Positions 8,297 to 18,130 of a stretch of 64,000 nucleotides of DNA are shown here, in pieces. The position numbers were made by a program, and so were the translations under genes. Where the stretch lies: assembly GCA_965203325.1 (NCBI GenBank), contig OZ241875.1:96001-160000 (forward strand), written 5' to 3'. Below the pieces are notes generated by a model. That model was not told where the DNA came from. It made no database searches and saw nothing but the letters and a program-made list of their open reading frames with translations. Position 1 is the stretch's first letter. Each line of letters begins with the position of its first letter. This stretch comes from a bacterium. Its GTDB lineage: Bacteria; UBA8248.

Positions 8297-9757
8297 TCAC
8301 AGAATCTCGCCGGTGAACTCCGCTCGTACCCGCTCTTTGAGCGAGCGAACCGCCTTGAGCGACATCTTGAGGACCTGTTTCTCCCTTCTCGAGACAGCCG
8401 ACTTCCTCACGTAGCGCGTCGCTTTTTTGATGCGCCTGAAATCCCGGAGTTGCTGGCGCAGGAGCAAATAGGTCAGATGCTCCAGGGCGGCGTTGTAATC
8501 ATCGAACTCATCGTTGTTGAAAACCCCCGCCTTGTGGAGCAGACGGATGCGCTCGTAAGTGGAGGTCGCCTCCATGCCCTCTTTCAGGGCGAGCAGCCGG
8601 ACAGCCCCGACCAGGGGGAGGATGCCCCCGTGTTTCAGGTTCACGCCGGGGGGAAGGCCCTCCCCGACTTTCTCGGTGCGCAGCATGCCGAACAGGCCGA
8701 GGGCGACGTGCCTGTCGTCCTCGGTCTGGAACATCGCCTGGAGCACGGCGGGCTCTTTTTGCACGAAGGTCGTGGTGTGATCGCGCAATTCCCGCCCCAG
8801 GGAGATATCCCCGCAGGCGGTGTCGAAGTCGAAGAAGACGTCGCTCAACTGAACCTGGAACGTGCTTCTCTTCTGGAACCAGCGCAGGGTCTGGTGCTTC
8901 CACTCGGAGATCGATTTGCGCCAAAGCGGGTTCGTGGCCATCACGTTGCCGTCGCACAGGGGGAAGCCGATGGCTTCGAGATTCCAGGTCAGCAGTTCCG
9001 AGAACTGCATGAAGTAGTCGTTGACTTCGTTGTGCCGCTCCACGGGGTAGTCTTCGAGGATGATGCCGTTGTCCTGATCGGGGTTGATGAAGTTCTCGCC
9101 CCGTCCGCTCGAGCCCATGACGATCACGGCGAAGCGGACGGGCGGCGCGCCTCCGCCCGCCTTTTCGATGGTCTCCGTCACCTTTTCGGCCACGCGGCTG
9201 TAGATGTCGTTGTTCACGTGCGTGAGCAGCGCCTGGATTTCGGGCGCGGGGAGGTTGTCTTCGAGGAGTTCCTGCGCCACGACAGCCTGCACGGCTTTGA
9301 TCTCCTGCAAGCCGTAGAGCTCGGGGACCTGCGTGAGCGCGTCGATGTGCTCCACCACATGCGCGGCCGCTACGGCCATGGCGTCCTCTAAGTCGAGCAG
9401 GCCCAAGGGGCGGTTCGCCTCATCGACCACGGGCATGTGACGGTGGCCGAGGCGGCGCATGCGAGCGATGGTGTGGTAGAGGTAGTCCCCCTGTTTTGCG
9501 GAATAAACGCGGGGCGTCATCACCTGCTCTATCGTCTCCGTCCCGTCGCACCGCAGGGCGACGCGGCGCGTCACGTCTTTTTCCGTAAAGATGCCGGAGA
9601 GGGCTTTTTTCTCATCCGTCACGAGAACGCACGTAGCGCCCGTCTCCGCCATCCGGGAGATGACAATCCCGATATTCTCCGAAGCCGGGACGATGAGCGA
9701 TTCGGGTTTGAGGAAATCATCCACAAGGCAGGAGAAAATTCTCGTCTGGGATTTCAT
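8297..9757 (-). CDS. CBS-pair plus DUF294 putative nucleotidyltransferase signal-transduction protein
   Basis: CBS motifs (GIFTEKD, HMPVVD), MGSSGRGE...DQDNG, GFPLCDGNVMATNP.WR, FFDF, NLKHGG. Confidence 0.9.
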   Translation of the reverse strand: MKSQTRIFSCLVDDFLKPESLIVPASENIGIVISRMAETGATCVLVTDEKKALSGIFTEKDVTRRVALRCDGTETIEQVMTPRVYSAKQGDYLYHTIARMRRLGHRHMPVVDEANRPLGLLDLEDAMAVAAAHVVEHIDALTQVPELYGLQEIKAVQAVVAQELLEDNLPAPEIQALLTHVNNDIYSRVAEKVTETIEKAGGGAPPVRFAVIVMGSSGRGENFINPDQDNGIILEDYPVERHNEVNDYFMQFSELLTWNLEAIGFPLCDGNVMATNPLWRKSISEWKHQTLRWFQKRSTFQVQLSDVFFDFDTACGDISLGRELRDHTTTFVQKEPAVLQAMFQTEDDRHVALGLFGMLRTEKVGEGLPPGVNLKHGGILPLVGAVRLLALKEGMEATSTYERIRLLHKAGVFNNDEFDDYNAALEHLTYLLLRQQLRDFRRIKKATRYVRKSAVSRREKQVLKMSLKAVRSLKERVRAEFTGEIL

Positions 9758-10020
9758 GGGTTTAGGTGCCCGTCTTTGCGGCGGATGTCCGGTGACGCCT
9801 TGGGGCTCACGGCGCGTAATGAGCCCATAGTATAGCTTAGTTCTTCATGTATTTGTCCAGGTAGGCGATGCGCATCTCTATCGCCGCCACGCAGGCGCGC
9901 GAGCCGTTCCAGCCACGGAAATAATCCAGTGCGTTTCGCCTCCTCCTCTAGTGTGAGAGAATCCCGTCTCCGGGAAGAAAGCTCCCTTGCCGCTCATCAG
10001 TTTGAGCAGAAGGAACGAAC

Positions 10021-10302
10021 ATGACCGAAAGTAAATGCCCTGAGGACGGGGCTGAAACGTCCGGCGCCGACGCCTGCCCCGAATGCGACGAAGCGCCGGT
10101 GGAAAAGCCCGCAGACGAGCGGTCCCTGAACGTCATCGACGCCAAGGCGATCGTCGTGAAAGTCATGTGGGGCACGGGCGCGTTGATGCTCTGCGGCGGC
10201 CTGGGCGCGCTCTCCATCGGCGCTGCGAAACCCGCCGTCGGCCTACTGGGCCTGGGCGGCCTCCTCTTCGCCGGTTCCTACGCGGTGGATTGGTGGACTT
10301 GA
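10021..10302 (+). CDS. Small hypothetical membrane protein (acidic N-terminus with CxxC, two hydrophobic segments)
   Basis: AAGGA RBS, high-GC3 codon usage, two hydrophobic helices. Confidence 0.6.
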   Translation: MTESKCPEDGAETSGADACPECDEAPVEKPADERSLNVIDAKAIVVKVMWGTGALMLCGGLGALSIGAAKPAVGLLGLGGLLFAGSYAVDWWT

Positions 10303-10589
10303 GGGTTTGGATTTCAGACTGCTACCTGAAGATTTGGGATTGAATCGCAACTATTCGGATATTCCCTTCGAGTTGTTGCAGACCGAGGAGATAGGAAATT
10401 CACTCCCCCCTTGAGGTGTGTTGGCCGACCCTTGAGATTACTAACCGTCATTCCGGCAAAAGCCGGAATGACGTGCAAAACCGCACCGCCTCTTGTAGGG
10501 ACAGGTCGCGACCTGTCCCTACGGACTGGAATTCTCCCCGGTGGGGAACGATCTTGGTAGAGGACTTATGCCGAGCTTACAACAAACCC
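10301..10589. repeat. REP mosaic downstream of tRNA-Arg
   Basis: CACTCCCCCCTTGAGG (10401), perfect hairpin CGTCATTCCGGC-AAAA-GCCGGAATGACG (10446-10473), perfect 28-bp palindrome GTAGGGACAGGTCGCGACCTGTCCCTAC (10495-10522). Confidence 0.8.
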
Positions 10590-10645
10590 GCCCTGCAGCG
10601 GCATCAACTCCGTCCATGACGCGGCAAACGGACAGCTTTTCGGTT

Positions 10646-10722
10646 TGGTACCCCCGGCAGGATTCGAACCTGCGGCCTACGGATTAGGAATCCGGCGCTC
10701 TATCCTGCTGAGCTACGGGGGC
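10646..10722 (-). tRNA. tRNA-Arg(CCT)
   Basis: GCCCCCGTAGCTCAGCAGGATAGAGCG-CCGGA-TTCCTAA-TCCGT-AGGCCGCAGGTTCGAATCCTGCCGGGGGTACCA; cloverleaf with encoded CCA. Confidence 0.95.
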
Positions 10723-10725
10723 GTT

Positions 10726-11253
10726 TCAATCGTATGTTATCAAAGAGCGCACGGCGTGTGGAGCGAGGCGCTCGCGCCCGTTCAGGAACGCGAGTTCGAT
10801 GAGGAAAGAAAAGCCGTGGATGCTCCCGCCTAGGGATTCCACGAGCGAGATGCAGGCGGAGGCGGTGCCGCCGGTGGCGAGCACGTCGTCGGCGATGAGC
10901 ACCTTTGCGCCGGGTGCGACGGCGTCCTTGTGGATTTCGAGCGTGTCCGTGCCGTATTCGAGGTCGTAAGTCGCCTGGGTCTTCTCCCAGGGGAGTTTCC
11001 CCGCTTTTCTCACCAGCGCGAAGCCCGCGCCGAGCTTATAGGCGATGGGCGCGCCGATGATGAAGCCGCGCGCCTCGACGCCCAGGACGACGTCGATGCC
11101 CTCGCCCACCAAAGGCTCCGCCGCCAGGTCCACCGCCTTTTGAAAGGCCTCGGCGTTCTGGAACATCGGCGTGATGTCCTTGAACAGGATTCCTTCTTTG
11201 GGGAAATCGGGCACGTCGCGAATGTGCGCCAGAAGCTGGCTGATGTCCGACAT
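10726..11253 (-). CDS. apt: Adenine phosphoribosyltransferase
   Basis: [43 protein letters not shown]. Confidence 0.97.
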   Translation of the reverse strand: MSDISQLLAHIRDVPDFPKEGILFKDITPMFQNAEAFQKAVDLAAEPLVGEGIDVVLGVEARGFIIGAPIAYKLGAGFALVRKAGKLPWEKTQATYDLEYGTDTLEIHKDAVAPGAKVLIADDVLATGGTASACISLVESLGGSIHGFSFLIELAFLNGRERLAPHAVRSLITYD

Positions 11254-11424
11254 GAAAGCTACCTCTCGTGGGTGATGAAGTTTCGGCCTCGTATGGCGTT
11301 CATCTGTTCAAATAAAAATCTAGATAGCATTCTCTTCGGGGCGTGTCATCACGGCGTGCGCATAAAATTTCTCTCAAGCGGATGAGCGGACTGTCGCCGA
11401 GCCGCCACCTGTCCGCAACCGGCC

Positions 11425-12324
11425 CTACGGCAGGTAGGACAACGGGTTCTTAGGCCGCGTGCGATGGCGGATCTCGAAATGAAGGCGCGCGGTCTTGAAG
11501 CGCGGCGTGCGGCCCGCGCGGGCGATGGGCGTACCGCGCGAGACGTTCTGCCCCTTGCGCACGAGGTTCTCGGCGACGTTGGCGTAGATGGAGTGATACT
11601 CGCCCCCGTGGTGTCGCAGGATGATGAGGCGCCCCAGGTTGCCGGGGCCGATATCGGAAAAAATGACGCGGCCGGGAGCAGCGGCGCGGATCTGGGCGCG
11701 CTCGCGGGCGGCGATGAGGATGCCGTCCGTCTTGTGGCGGCCGCTCCTCTTGAAGCGGCGGATCAGGCGTCCATGCAGGGGCCAGGAGAACCGGGGCCTC
11801 TTGCCGTACGATTTGCGGTGCGTCGTCCTCCGATTCTCCGGGCGGCGCGTTCGAACCGTGTTCTTCGACTTCCCGGATGACTTCCGAATCGGTTTCGCAT
11901 ACGCCTTTCGGCGCGGCGGCGATTTGGGGGGCCGAGGCGCCGCCCAGCGCGGGCGGCGTTCGGGCGGTTTGGCGCTGACGTTCTTCCGTATGAGGCGCGT
12001 CGTTCTGGCGCCCGGGATGAAGAGCCGCTGGCCGATTTCCAGGCGGTCGGGATTGTCGATGCCGTTCAGGACGGCGATCTGCTCGACCTCCACCCCGTAG
12101 GCGCGCCCGATGCGCCAGAGGTTCTCGCCGCGCTTTACGGTGTGGCGGATGCCCCCAGTCTCGCGGCTGCTCTTCGGCGGCGTCGGCAAGGGCGGTGCGA
12201 CGAGCGCGCAGCCGGTGAGCAGACAGAGAAACACGACACAGCCCCTGCGCCGCATCGCGCGCCATCTCCGGGACCCTGATGCGGGCGAAACCTTTGATAT
12301 GGGCAGATCCATGTCGTCCCTCAT
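11425..12324 (-). CDS. LysM plus M23-domain lipoprotein (NlpD-like murein hydrolase activator)
   Basis: LLTGC lipobox, HTVKRGENLWRIG LysM domain, FSWP..G, AAAPGRV, LHFEIR; the true start may lie downstream of 12324. Confidence 0.85.
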   Translation of the reverse strand: MRDDMDLPISKVSPASGSRRWRAMRRRGCVVFLCLLTGCALVAPPLPTPPKSSRETGGIRHTVKRGENLWRIGRAYGVEVEQIAVLNGIDNPDRLEIGQRLFIPGARTTRLIRKNVSAKPPERRPRWAAPRPPKSPPRRKAYAKPIRKSSGKSKNTVRTRRPENRRTTHRKSYGKRPRFSWPLHGRLIRRFKRSGRHKTDGILIAARERAQIRAAAPGRVIFSDIGPGNLGRLIILRHHGGEYHSIYANVAENLVRKGQNVSRGTPIARAGRTPRFKTARLHFEIRHRTRPKNPLSYLP

Positions 12325-12770
12325 GAAGATTCGAGCGCCATCCGCACGGCCTCGCGCGCGCCGGATGCCGGGACGACTCCCGCAGGGCTTGCGTCGCGTC
12401 CCAGGGAGACGACCCGCTTGCCCAGCTTGAGTCCGATGGCGATCTCGGAGAGGGTACCGTGCGCGCCCGACATGGCGATGAGCGCGTGGGCCGTCGCCGC
12501 GATGATGACGTTCCGGGCGTGGCCCATGCCCGTGGCGACGGGAATGTCGATGAACGGGTTGGCGGATTTCGCATCATAGGTGGGCAGGACGCCCACCGTG
12601 AGGCCGCCCGCCTCTTTCGCTCCCTTTGCTGCGGCCTGCATGACGCCGCCCAGACCGCCGCACACGAGCACGGCCCCCGCGCGCGCGATCTCGGCGCCCG
12701 CCTCTTCTGCCAGAGCGGCCGTTTGCGGGTCCGGATCGGAATCGCCGATGACGCCGATGATGGTTTGCAT
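12321..12770 (-). CDS. TIGR00725 family (LOG/DprA-like Rossmann fold) protein
   Basis: IGVIG, VCGGLGGVM.AA.KGA, TGMGHARN, GAHGTLSEI. Confidence 0.9.
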   Translation of the reverse strand: MQTIIGVIGDSDPDPQTAALAEEAGAEIARAGAVLVCGGLGGVMQAAAKGAKEAGGLTVGVLPTYDAKSANPFIDIPVATGMGHARNVIIAATAHALIAMSGAHGTLSEIAIGLKLGKRVVSLGRDASPAGVVPASGAREAVRMALESS

Positions 12771-12803
12771 CAGAAAATCCCGGGGCGGAATTTATACTTC
12801 CTG

Positions 12804-12831
12804 ATTTTATCGGGCGCGCGGCTCTCGTCAA
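12804..12831 (-). promoter_or_regulatory. Candidate sigma70 promoter for TIGR00725-nlpD-apt
   Basis: TTGACG-N16-TAAAAT on the minus strand, 34 nt upstream of the start codon. Confidence 0.5.
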
Positions 12832-12925
12832 GTCGCGATGGAAGCCTTCGTCATCGAAGCTCCTGTTTCAGGGAGCGTCGCCTCGCTGCTGCGCCCTGCT
12901 CTCCCGCCGTTCCAGCGCCTGCAAC

Positions 12926-14113
12926 TTATCCCCCCTCGGGGACGATCACCCTCTTGTTGTGATCCGCCGGAAGGCCGTTATTCAGCGAGTCCAGCATCCA
13001 GTCGGCGATGGCGGGGTACATGTCCGCCGCGACCTCGCCCATGGGATGGAAGACGCCCTCATAGAGCCAGAGCTCGCGCGGGCACGTCAAGTGATCGAAG
13101 AACACGTCGATGTCGTCCGGCGTGCAGAGCTCGTCCATGTCGCCCGCCACGAGCAGGTAGTTCGACTTCATCTTCCCCACCAGGGGCAGCCAGATGCTGT
13201 CGCGCTCCTCGACGAACTCGTCGAACGCATCCTCATCGAGAATGTTCGTCATGTACATGTAGATGCGCTTGAAGTTTGGCTGTGCCTGGTCGAAGATGAT
13301 GTCCGAAGGCCCCACGTTCGCCATCTGCCCGACGACGGTGTTCACGCGCTCGTCCTGAGCGGCGATCTCCACCGTCCAGCGGCTGCCCATGCTCATGCCC
13401 ATGATGCCGATTTTCGACGAATCCACCTCATCGCGTTCGGTGAGCCAGTCGATGACCTTGCTCCCCGCGCGTGCGTAGTTGTGGTGGTCCACCCACACCC
13501 CGTTGATGTTGCACTCACCCTGCCCCGGCCCGTCCATGATGGCGAAGTTCATGCCGCGCGCGTGGAACCAGTTGTTGTAGGGCAGAAGGCCGTCTTCCTT
13601 GATCATGTCCATCCCGGGGATGAGAAGCACGGTCGGCTTGGGCTCGCCACCCTCCTGGGGCCAGTAATAGAAATACGCGTTCTTGCCGGGCTCGAACTCC
13701 ACCTGGTGTTTCTGGATGTCGCCGCCCCTCATCTCGCGCATCTTGTCGAAACAGCGCGAGACACCCGCGTAGTATTCCTTCTTGCGGGGATGGCCGTCCA
13801 CGGGGATGAGGTGCTGGCCGCGACCGTAGCAAAGGCCCGCACGGTTGTAGTGCATGGCGGCGGTCACGCGGTTGCCCGCCTCCTCGGCCGCTTTCGCCTT
13901 TTTCTCCTGAAGAGCAGCCTGCTTGCCCCACAGGAGCGGGATGGAGCGTCTCCCGGAAACTTTCGAGTAGACCGCCTCGAGATCCTGGTGTCTGAAACCC
14001 CGCTCATAGCGCGTGCCCATGATGCCGGGGTGGAGGACGTCCTCGTTGTCGGAAAGCTTGAGGAAATTATCGAAAATCCAGTTCTGATTCGCGCGCGATG
14101 CCTGTCGTCTCAT
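12926..14113 (-). CDS. Alpha/beta hydrolase (FrsA / dihydroxypseudooxynicotine hydrolase-like)
   Basis: PGMDMIKE, DGPGQGE, GMSMG nucleophile elbow, GDMDEL, H in GVFHP. Confidence 0.8.
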   Translation of the reverse strand: MRRQASRANQNWIFDNFLKLSDNEDVLHPGIMGTRYERGFRHQDLEAVYSKVSGRRSIPLLWGKQAALQEKKAKAAEEAGNRVTAAMHYNRAGLCYGRGQHLIPVDGHPRKKEYYAGVSRCFDKMREMRGGDIQKHQVEFEPGKNAYFYYWPQEGGEPKPTVLLIPGMDMIKEDGLLPYNNWFHARGMNFAIMDGPGQGECNINGVWVDHHNYARAGSKVIDWLTERDEVDSSKIGIMGMSMGSRWTVEIAAQDERVNTVVGQMANVGPSDIIFDQAQPNFKRIYMYMTNILDEDAFDEFVEERDSIWLPLVGKMKSNYLLVAGDMDELCTPDDIDVFFDHLTCPRELWLYEGVFHPMGEVAADMYPAIADWMLDSLNNGLPADHNKRVIVPEGG

Positions 14114-14406
14114 GCCGCTACCTTCTCCTTTCGTATAGGTGATGGGGCGAGTTTTTCCCCGCCGCTTTCAAGCAGATATGACGCCGGATTCAGCGGGCTA
14201 TCTTCGGGCCAGTAGCCGTTTCAGGTCAACCGCTTCAGGCGGTTCCCGCCAAAGTGATTTTTATCCGCGATTGTATTTGCCGAATCCATTGATTTTGTGT
14301 AGATTCGGCGCTTTGTATTTCCAGAGTGGCGCCGGGAATCGACGCCCGGAGAGAGGCATCGCCTTTACTGCACATCTTTTTCTCGTTACGAAAGAGGGTT
14401 TTGGAA

Positions 14407-15711
14407 ATGACAGTGGAAACAGAGTTGGAACTCAACAACAACGAAACAATCGTCCTGCACGCCGGATACCGCAATGACTCCGCCACGAACGCCGTGGCCG
14501 TACCGATCTATCAGACGTCCTCCTACCAGTTCGACAGCACGGAGCACGCGGCCAATCTTTTCGCGCTGAAGGAGCTCGGCAACATCTACACCCGAATCAT
14601 GAACCCCACCAACGACGTGCTCGAGAAACGGCTGGCGGCGCTTGAGGGCGGCGTCGGCGGCCTCGCCGTGTCCTCGGGCCAGTCGGCCTCGATGATGGCC
14701 GTGATGAACGTGGCGCGCGCAGGGGACAACATCGTGAGTTCGACGGACCTCTACGGCGGCACGTGGAACCTCTTCGCCAACCAGCTGGACGACATCGGCA
14801 TCGAGTGCCGTTTCGTGGATCCGGAAGACCCGGAGAATTTCGTCCGGGCGACGGACGAGAAGACGCGCGCCTACTACGCCGAGACGCTCCCCAACCCCAA
14901 GCTCCACGTTTTCCCGATCCGGGAAGTTTCGGATCTCGGTCGCGAATTGGGGATTCCCCTCATCATGGACAACACGGCGGCCCACGGTCTCTGCAAACCC
15001 TTCGAGCACGGCGCGGACGTCATCGCCTCCTCGTGCACGAAATACATCGGCGGGCACGGCAACTCCATCGGCGGCATCATCATCGATAGCGGAAACTTCG
15101 ACTGGGAGGCGCACCCCGAAAGGCAGCCCTACCTCAACCAGCCCGACCCGAGCTATCACGGCGCCGTGTGGGCCGAGGCCGTCAAGCCGCTCGGCCCCAT
15201 CGCCTACATCATCAAGGCGCGCGTCACGCTCCTGCGCGACTCCGGCCAGGCGATGAGCCCCTTCAACACCTTCCTCTTCCTGCAAGGCCTCGAAACCCTG
15301 CCCCTGCGGATGGAGCGTCACTGCGAAAACGCCGCCGCCGTGGCGGATTACCTGAATGCGCATCCCAAGGTGAACACCACGATTTTCCCCGGTCTCATGG
15401 ACGGAGAATTCCGCCGCCGCGCCGACACGTATCTCAAGGGCGGCTACGGCGGTTTGGTCGGAATCGACCTCACCGGCGGATACGAGGCGGGCCAGAACTT
15501 CATCAACGCGCTCAAGATGTTCTACCATGTGGCGAACATCGGCGATGCGAGGAGCCTCGCCATTCACCCGGCGAGCACCACGCACTCCCAGCTCAGCCCC
15601 GAGGAGCAGGAGCATACGGGCGTGACGCCGGGCTACGTGCGGCTTTCGATCGGCATCGAGCACATCGACGACATCATCGCCGATCTCGAACAGGCCCTGG
15701 ACGCCGCATAG
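14407..15711 (+). CDS. metY: O-acetylhomoserine aminocarboxypropyltransferase/sulfhydrylase (copy 1)
   Basis: VPIYQTSSY, YTRIMNPT, LYGGT, SCTKYIGGHG (PLP lysine), [24 protein letters not shown]; start ATG 14407. Confidence 0.9.
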   Translation: MTVETELELNNNETIVLHAGYRNDSATNAVAVPIYQTSSYQFDSTEHAANLFALKELGNIYTRIMNPTNDVLEKRLAALEGGVGGLAVSSGQSASMMAVMNVARAGDNIVSSTDLYGGTWNLFANQLDDIGIECRFVDPEDPENFVRATDEKTRAYYAETLPNPKLHVFPIREVSDLGRELGIPLIMDNTAAHGLCKPFEHGADVIASSCTKYIGGHGNSIGGIIIDSGNFDWEAHPERQPYLNQPDPSYHGAVWAEAVKPLGPIAYIIKARVTLLRDSGQAMSPFNTFLFLQGLETLPLRMERHCENAAAVADYLNAHPKVNTTIFPGLMDGEFRRRADTYLKGGYGGLVGIDLTGGYEAGQNFINALKMFYHVANIGDARSLAIHPASTTHSQLSPEEQEHTGVTPGYVRLSIGIEHIDDIIADLEQALDAA

Positions 15712-15730
15712 CGCATCGCACGGGAAAACG

Positions 15731-15767
15731 AAAAGGAGGCGCTCCTCTCGGGGCGCCTCCTTTTTTT
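15731..15767 (+). terminator. Rho-independent terminator, probably bidirectional
   Basis: AAAAGGAGGCGCTCC-TCTC-GGGGCGCCTCCTTTTTTT, 20 nt after the metY stop. Confidence 0.85.
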
Positions 15768-15776
15768 GTACGGGGC

Positions 15777-15920
15777 ACTTTCCCCCTGTGAGGAGGTTAT
15801 CACCTCCTGTCGAAGTGAAAGAATTCACTCTCTGCTTGGTCGGGGGAGAGCACCACCGTCATTCCGGCGGAAGCCGGAATCCAATATAAAGTGAATTATC
15901 AGATATTTTGCGCAACCCAC
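15777..15920. repeat. Degenerate repeat mosaic containing a CGTC module
   Basis: CGTCATTCCGGCGGAAGCCGGAATCC at 15857-15882 plus degenerate copies of other modules. Confidence 0.55.
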
Positions 15921-16054
15921 GAAAATAATTGATGAAAACCATGACTTAAAGTGTTCCGTGAGGTATTTCCGGGGCTTGGTCATCCCCGAGGCAGGTTTGA
16001 ACGGGACAAGGCGCAACAAATCCCGGGAAGCTGTTGATGCCGCACAATATGAAA

Positions 16055-16131
<77 letters not shown>

Positions 16132-16165
16132 ACACAAGCCGCGAGACGGCGGGTTCGACGCCCGC

Positions 16166-16846
16166 CTATGGTTTCTCCCAGCCGTATTTTCCCACCAGCT
16201 TCACAAAAACGCAGTTCACCAACTCCTCGGGCGCGAGCATTCGGCCCGACTCCGAGACGCGGTATCTCACGAGGGTCTGCTTCTCCCCCTCGCCCAGCGG
16301 CATGACAATGCGCCCGCCTGACGCAATCTGCCGCTTCCAGGGATCCGGCACCTGCGGCGCCGACGCCGCGCTCACGATGACGTCGAAGGGCGCCTCTTCC
16401 GGCCAGCCGTAGGTGCCGTCCGCCGTCCAGAGCATATAATTCGTCAGGCCGAAAGAATCAAGCCGCTCCCGGGCTCTCACCGCCAGTTCAGGCACCCGCT
16501 CGATGGCGCGCACGGAACCCGCGAGCCTCCCCAAAAGCGCGGTAAGGTAACCCGAGCCCGCTCCGATCTCAAGCACCTTCTCCCCGCCTCTGAGCGCCAG
16601 GGCCTCGAGCGTGGCGGCCACCATATAGGGCTGTGAGATCGTCTGCCCGTGTCCGATGGGCAGCGCCTTGTCGGCGTAGGCGGTTTCCAGGAAGATATCG
16701 GGCGCGAAATGGTGCCTCGGCACCTCGCGCAAGGCCTCGATGACGCGGGCGTCCGTGATTCCGCGGGCGATGATTTGCCCCTCTACCATCTGCTCGCGCG
16801 CGCGCCGCCGACGGTCCTCCCGGTTGCCGTTTAATGAAAACGCCAA
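16166..16846 (-). CDS. pcm: Protein-L-isoaspartate O-methyltransferase
   Basis: [37 protein letters not shown]; follows surE. Confidence 0.95.
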   Translation of the reverse strand: MAFSLNGNREDRRRRAREQMVEGQIIARGITDARVIEALREVPRHHFAPDIFLETAYADKALPIGHGQTISQPYMVAATLEALALRGGEKVLEIGAGSGYLTALLGRLAGSVRAIERVPELAVRARERLDSFGLTNYMLWTADGTYGWPEEAPFDVIVSAASAPQVPDPWKRQIASGGRIVMPLGEGEKQTLVRYRVSESGRMLAPEELVNCVFVKLVGKYGWEKP

Positions 16847-17586
16847 GATTCCAGCCCTTTCATCGCGTCGTAGTCCGTGAGATCGAGCCGCAGGGGCGTG
16901 ATGGAAACCTGGTGGTTCGAGATCGCCTCGAAGTCGGTATCGGGTTCATCCTCCCACCTGAGGCTGCCTCCCCCTATCCAGTAATATTCACGCCCGCGCG
17001 GGTCGATTTTCTCGACGATGGCCTCTTCGTAGATTCGCTTGCCCTGGCGGGTGATTCTCTCTCCCCGGCAATGTTGCGGAGGAACGTTCGGGACGTTGAT
17101 GTTCAGCAGAACGCCCGGCGCCAGTCCCCTGGATAATACTTCCCTCGCGCCGGCGCGCGCAACTTTTTGCGCCAAGTCGTAGATGAGCTTCTCGCCATCC
17201 TCGTGGGCGAGGGAGACTGCCACCGCCGGGAGCCCGAGCAACGTGGCCTCCATCGCGGCGGCCACGGTTCCCGAATAGGTGATGTCTTCTCCCAAGTTTC
17301 CACCCTTGTTGATGCCGGAGACGAGCATGTCGGGGCGCTCGTTCTTGAACAGGCCGTTCAGGGCGAGATTCACGCAGTCGGTGGGGGTGCCGTCCACGGC
17401 GAACCAGTTATGCGCCACCTCGTTGATGCGGAGGGGGCGATGCAGGCTCAGGGAATGTCCCGCCGCGCTCTGCTCCCTGTCCGGGGCCACGACGATCGAC
17501 TCCCCCAGCGGGGCGAGCGCCGCGTAGAGGGCGCGCAATCCTTCCGAGTCGATGCCGTCATCGTTGCAGAGAAGTATTCGGGCCAT
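16831..17586 (-). CDS. surE: 5'/3'-nucleotidase SurE
   Basis: ILLCNDDGI, VAPDREQSA, DGTPTDCV, SGINKGGN, YSGTVAAA; start ATG 17586. Confidence 0.97.
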   Translation of the reverse strand: MARILLCNDDGIDSEGLRALYAALAPLGESIVVAPDREQSAAGHSLSLHRPLRINEVAHNWFAVDGTPTDCVNLALNGLFKNERPDMLVSGINKGGNLGEDITYSGTVAAAMEATLLGLPAVAVSLAHEDGEKLIYDLAQKVARAGAREVLSRGLAPGVLLNINVPNVPPQHCRGERITRQGKRIYEEAIVEKIDPRGREYYWIGGGSLRWEDEPDTDFEAISNHQVSITPLRLDLTDYDAMKGLESWRFH

Positions 17587-17689
17587 GATCTTTTCACATA
17601 ACGTGCCGGGCGGGTGCATCGCAACGAGTAAGGATTATGGTGCAGCCGGAGCATGAGATCAACGCCGCCGGAGGTTTCGGCTATGGAGG

Positions 17690-18037
17690 GGGCGTTGAAA
17701 AATCCTTCCCGGGCGGGTTCGACTCCGGAACGACGGAGCAATGTCTTGTTCTCCGTAGGGGCCGTTCGCGAACGGCCCCTACAAGTTCGTTTCGATACGC
17801 GAAATGTGCGTAGGGGCGACCCCCTGTGGTCGCCCTGCCCCCGCGCACCTCCTGACGAAGGACAACCACAGGGGGTTGTCCCTACGGCGCGTGCTCATCC
17901 CCGCCGATACGCGGGAACCCTGGCGAAAGGTAAAAGGCGTAAAAATGGATTCCGTCAAACCCTCCTGCATCGGTCGGTTCCGAAACCGGAATGACGGCGG
18001 TGGCCAATTCCGAGCGAGGATGATTATTTCAACGCCC
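17690..18037. mobile_element. TIR-bounded REP mosaic (MITE-like)
   Basis: TIR GGGCGTTGAAAAATC (17690) / GATTATTTCAACGCCC (18022-18037); GTAG-REPs at 17755-17782, 17810-17835 and 17860-17885; CGTC half-site near 17987. Confidence 0.75.
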
Positions 18038-18130
18038 TTCCGTTGGATGCTTTCCATTTGGGCCGCCGCTTGATTTAATGAATCTCAACGATTACAAAGC
18101 CGGAACCATGCCATTTTTCGAGGAGCGCAC

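Noticed and set aside
14245..14310. SAM-II/SAM-V riboswitch upstream of metY copy 1
   Set aside because: GTGATTT is present, but the TTGCA and GCTAAA pseudoknot elements are not
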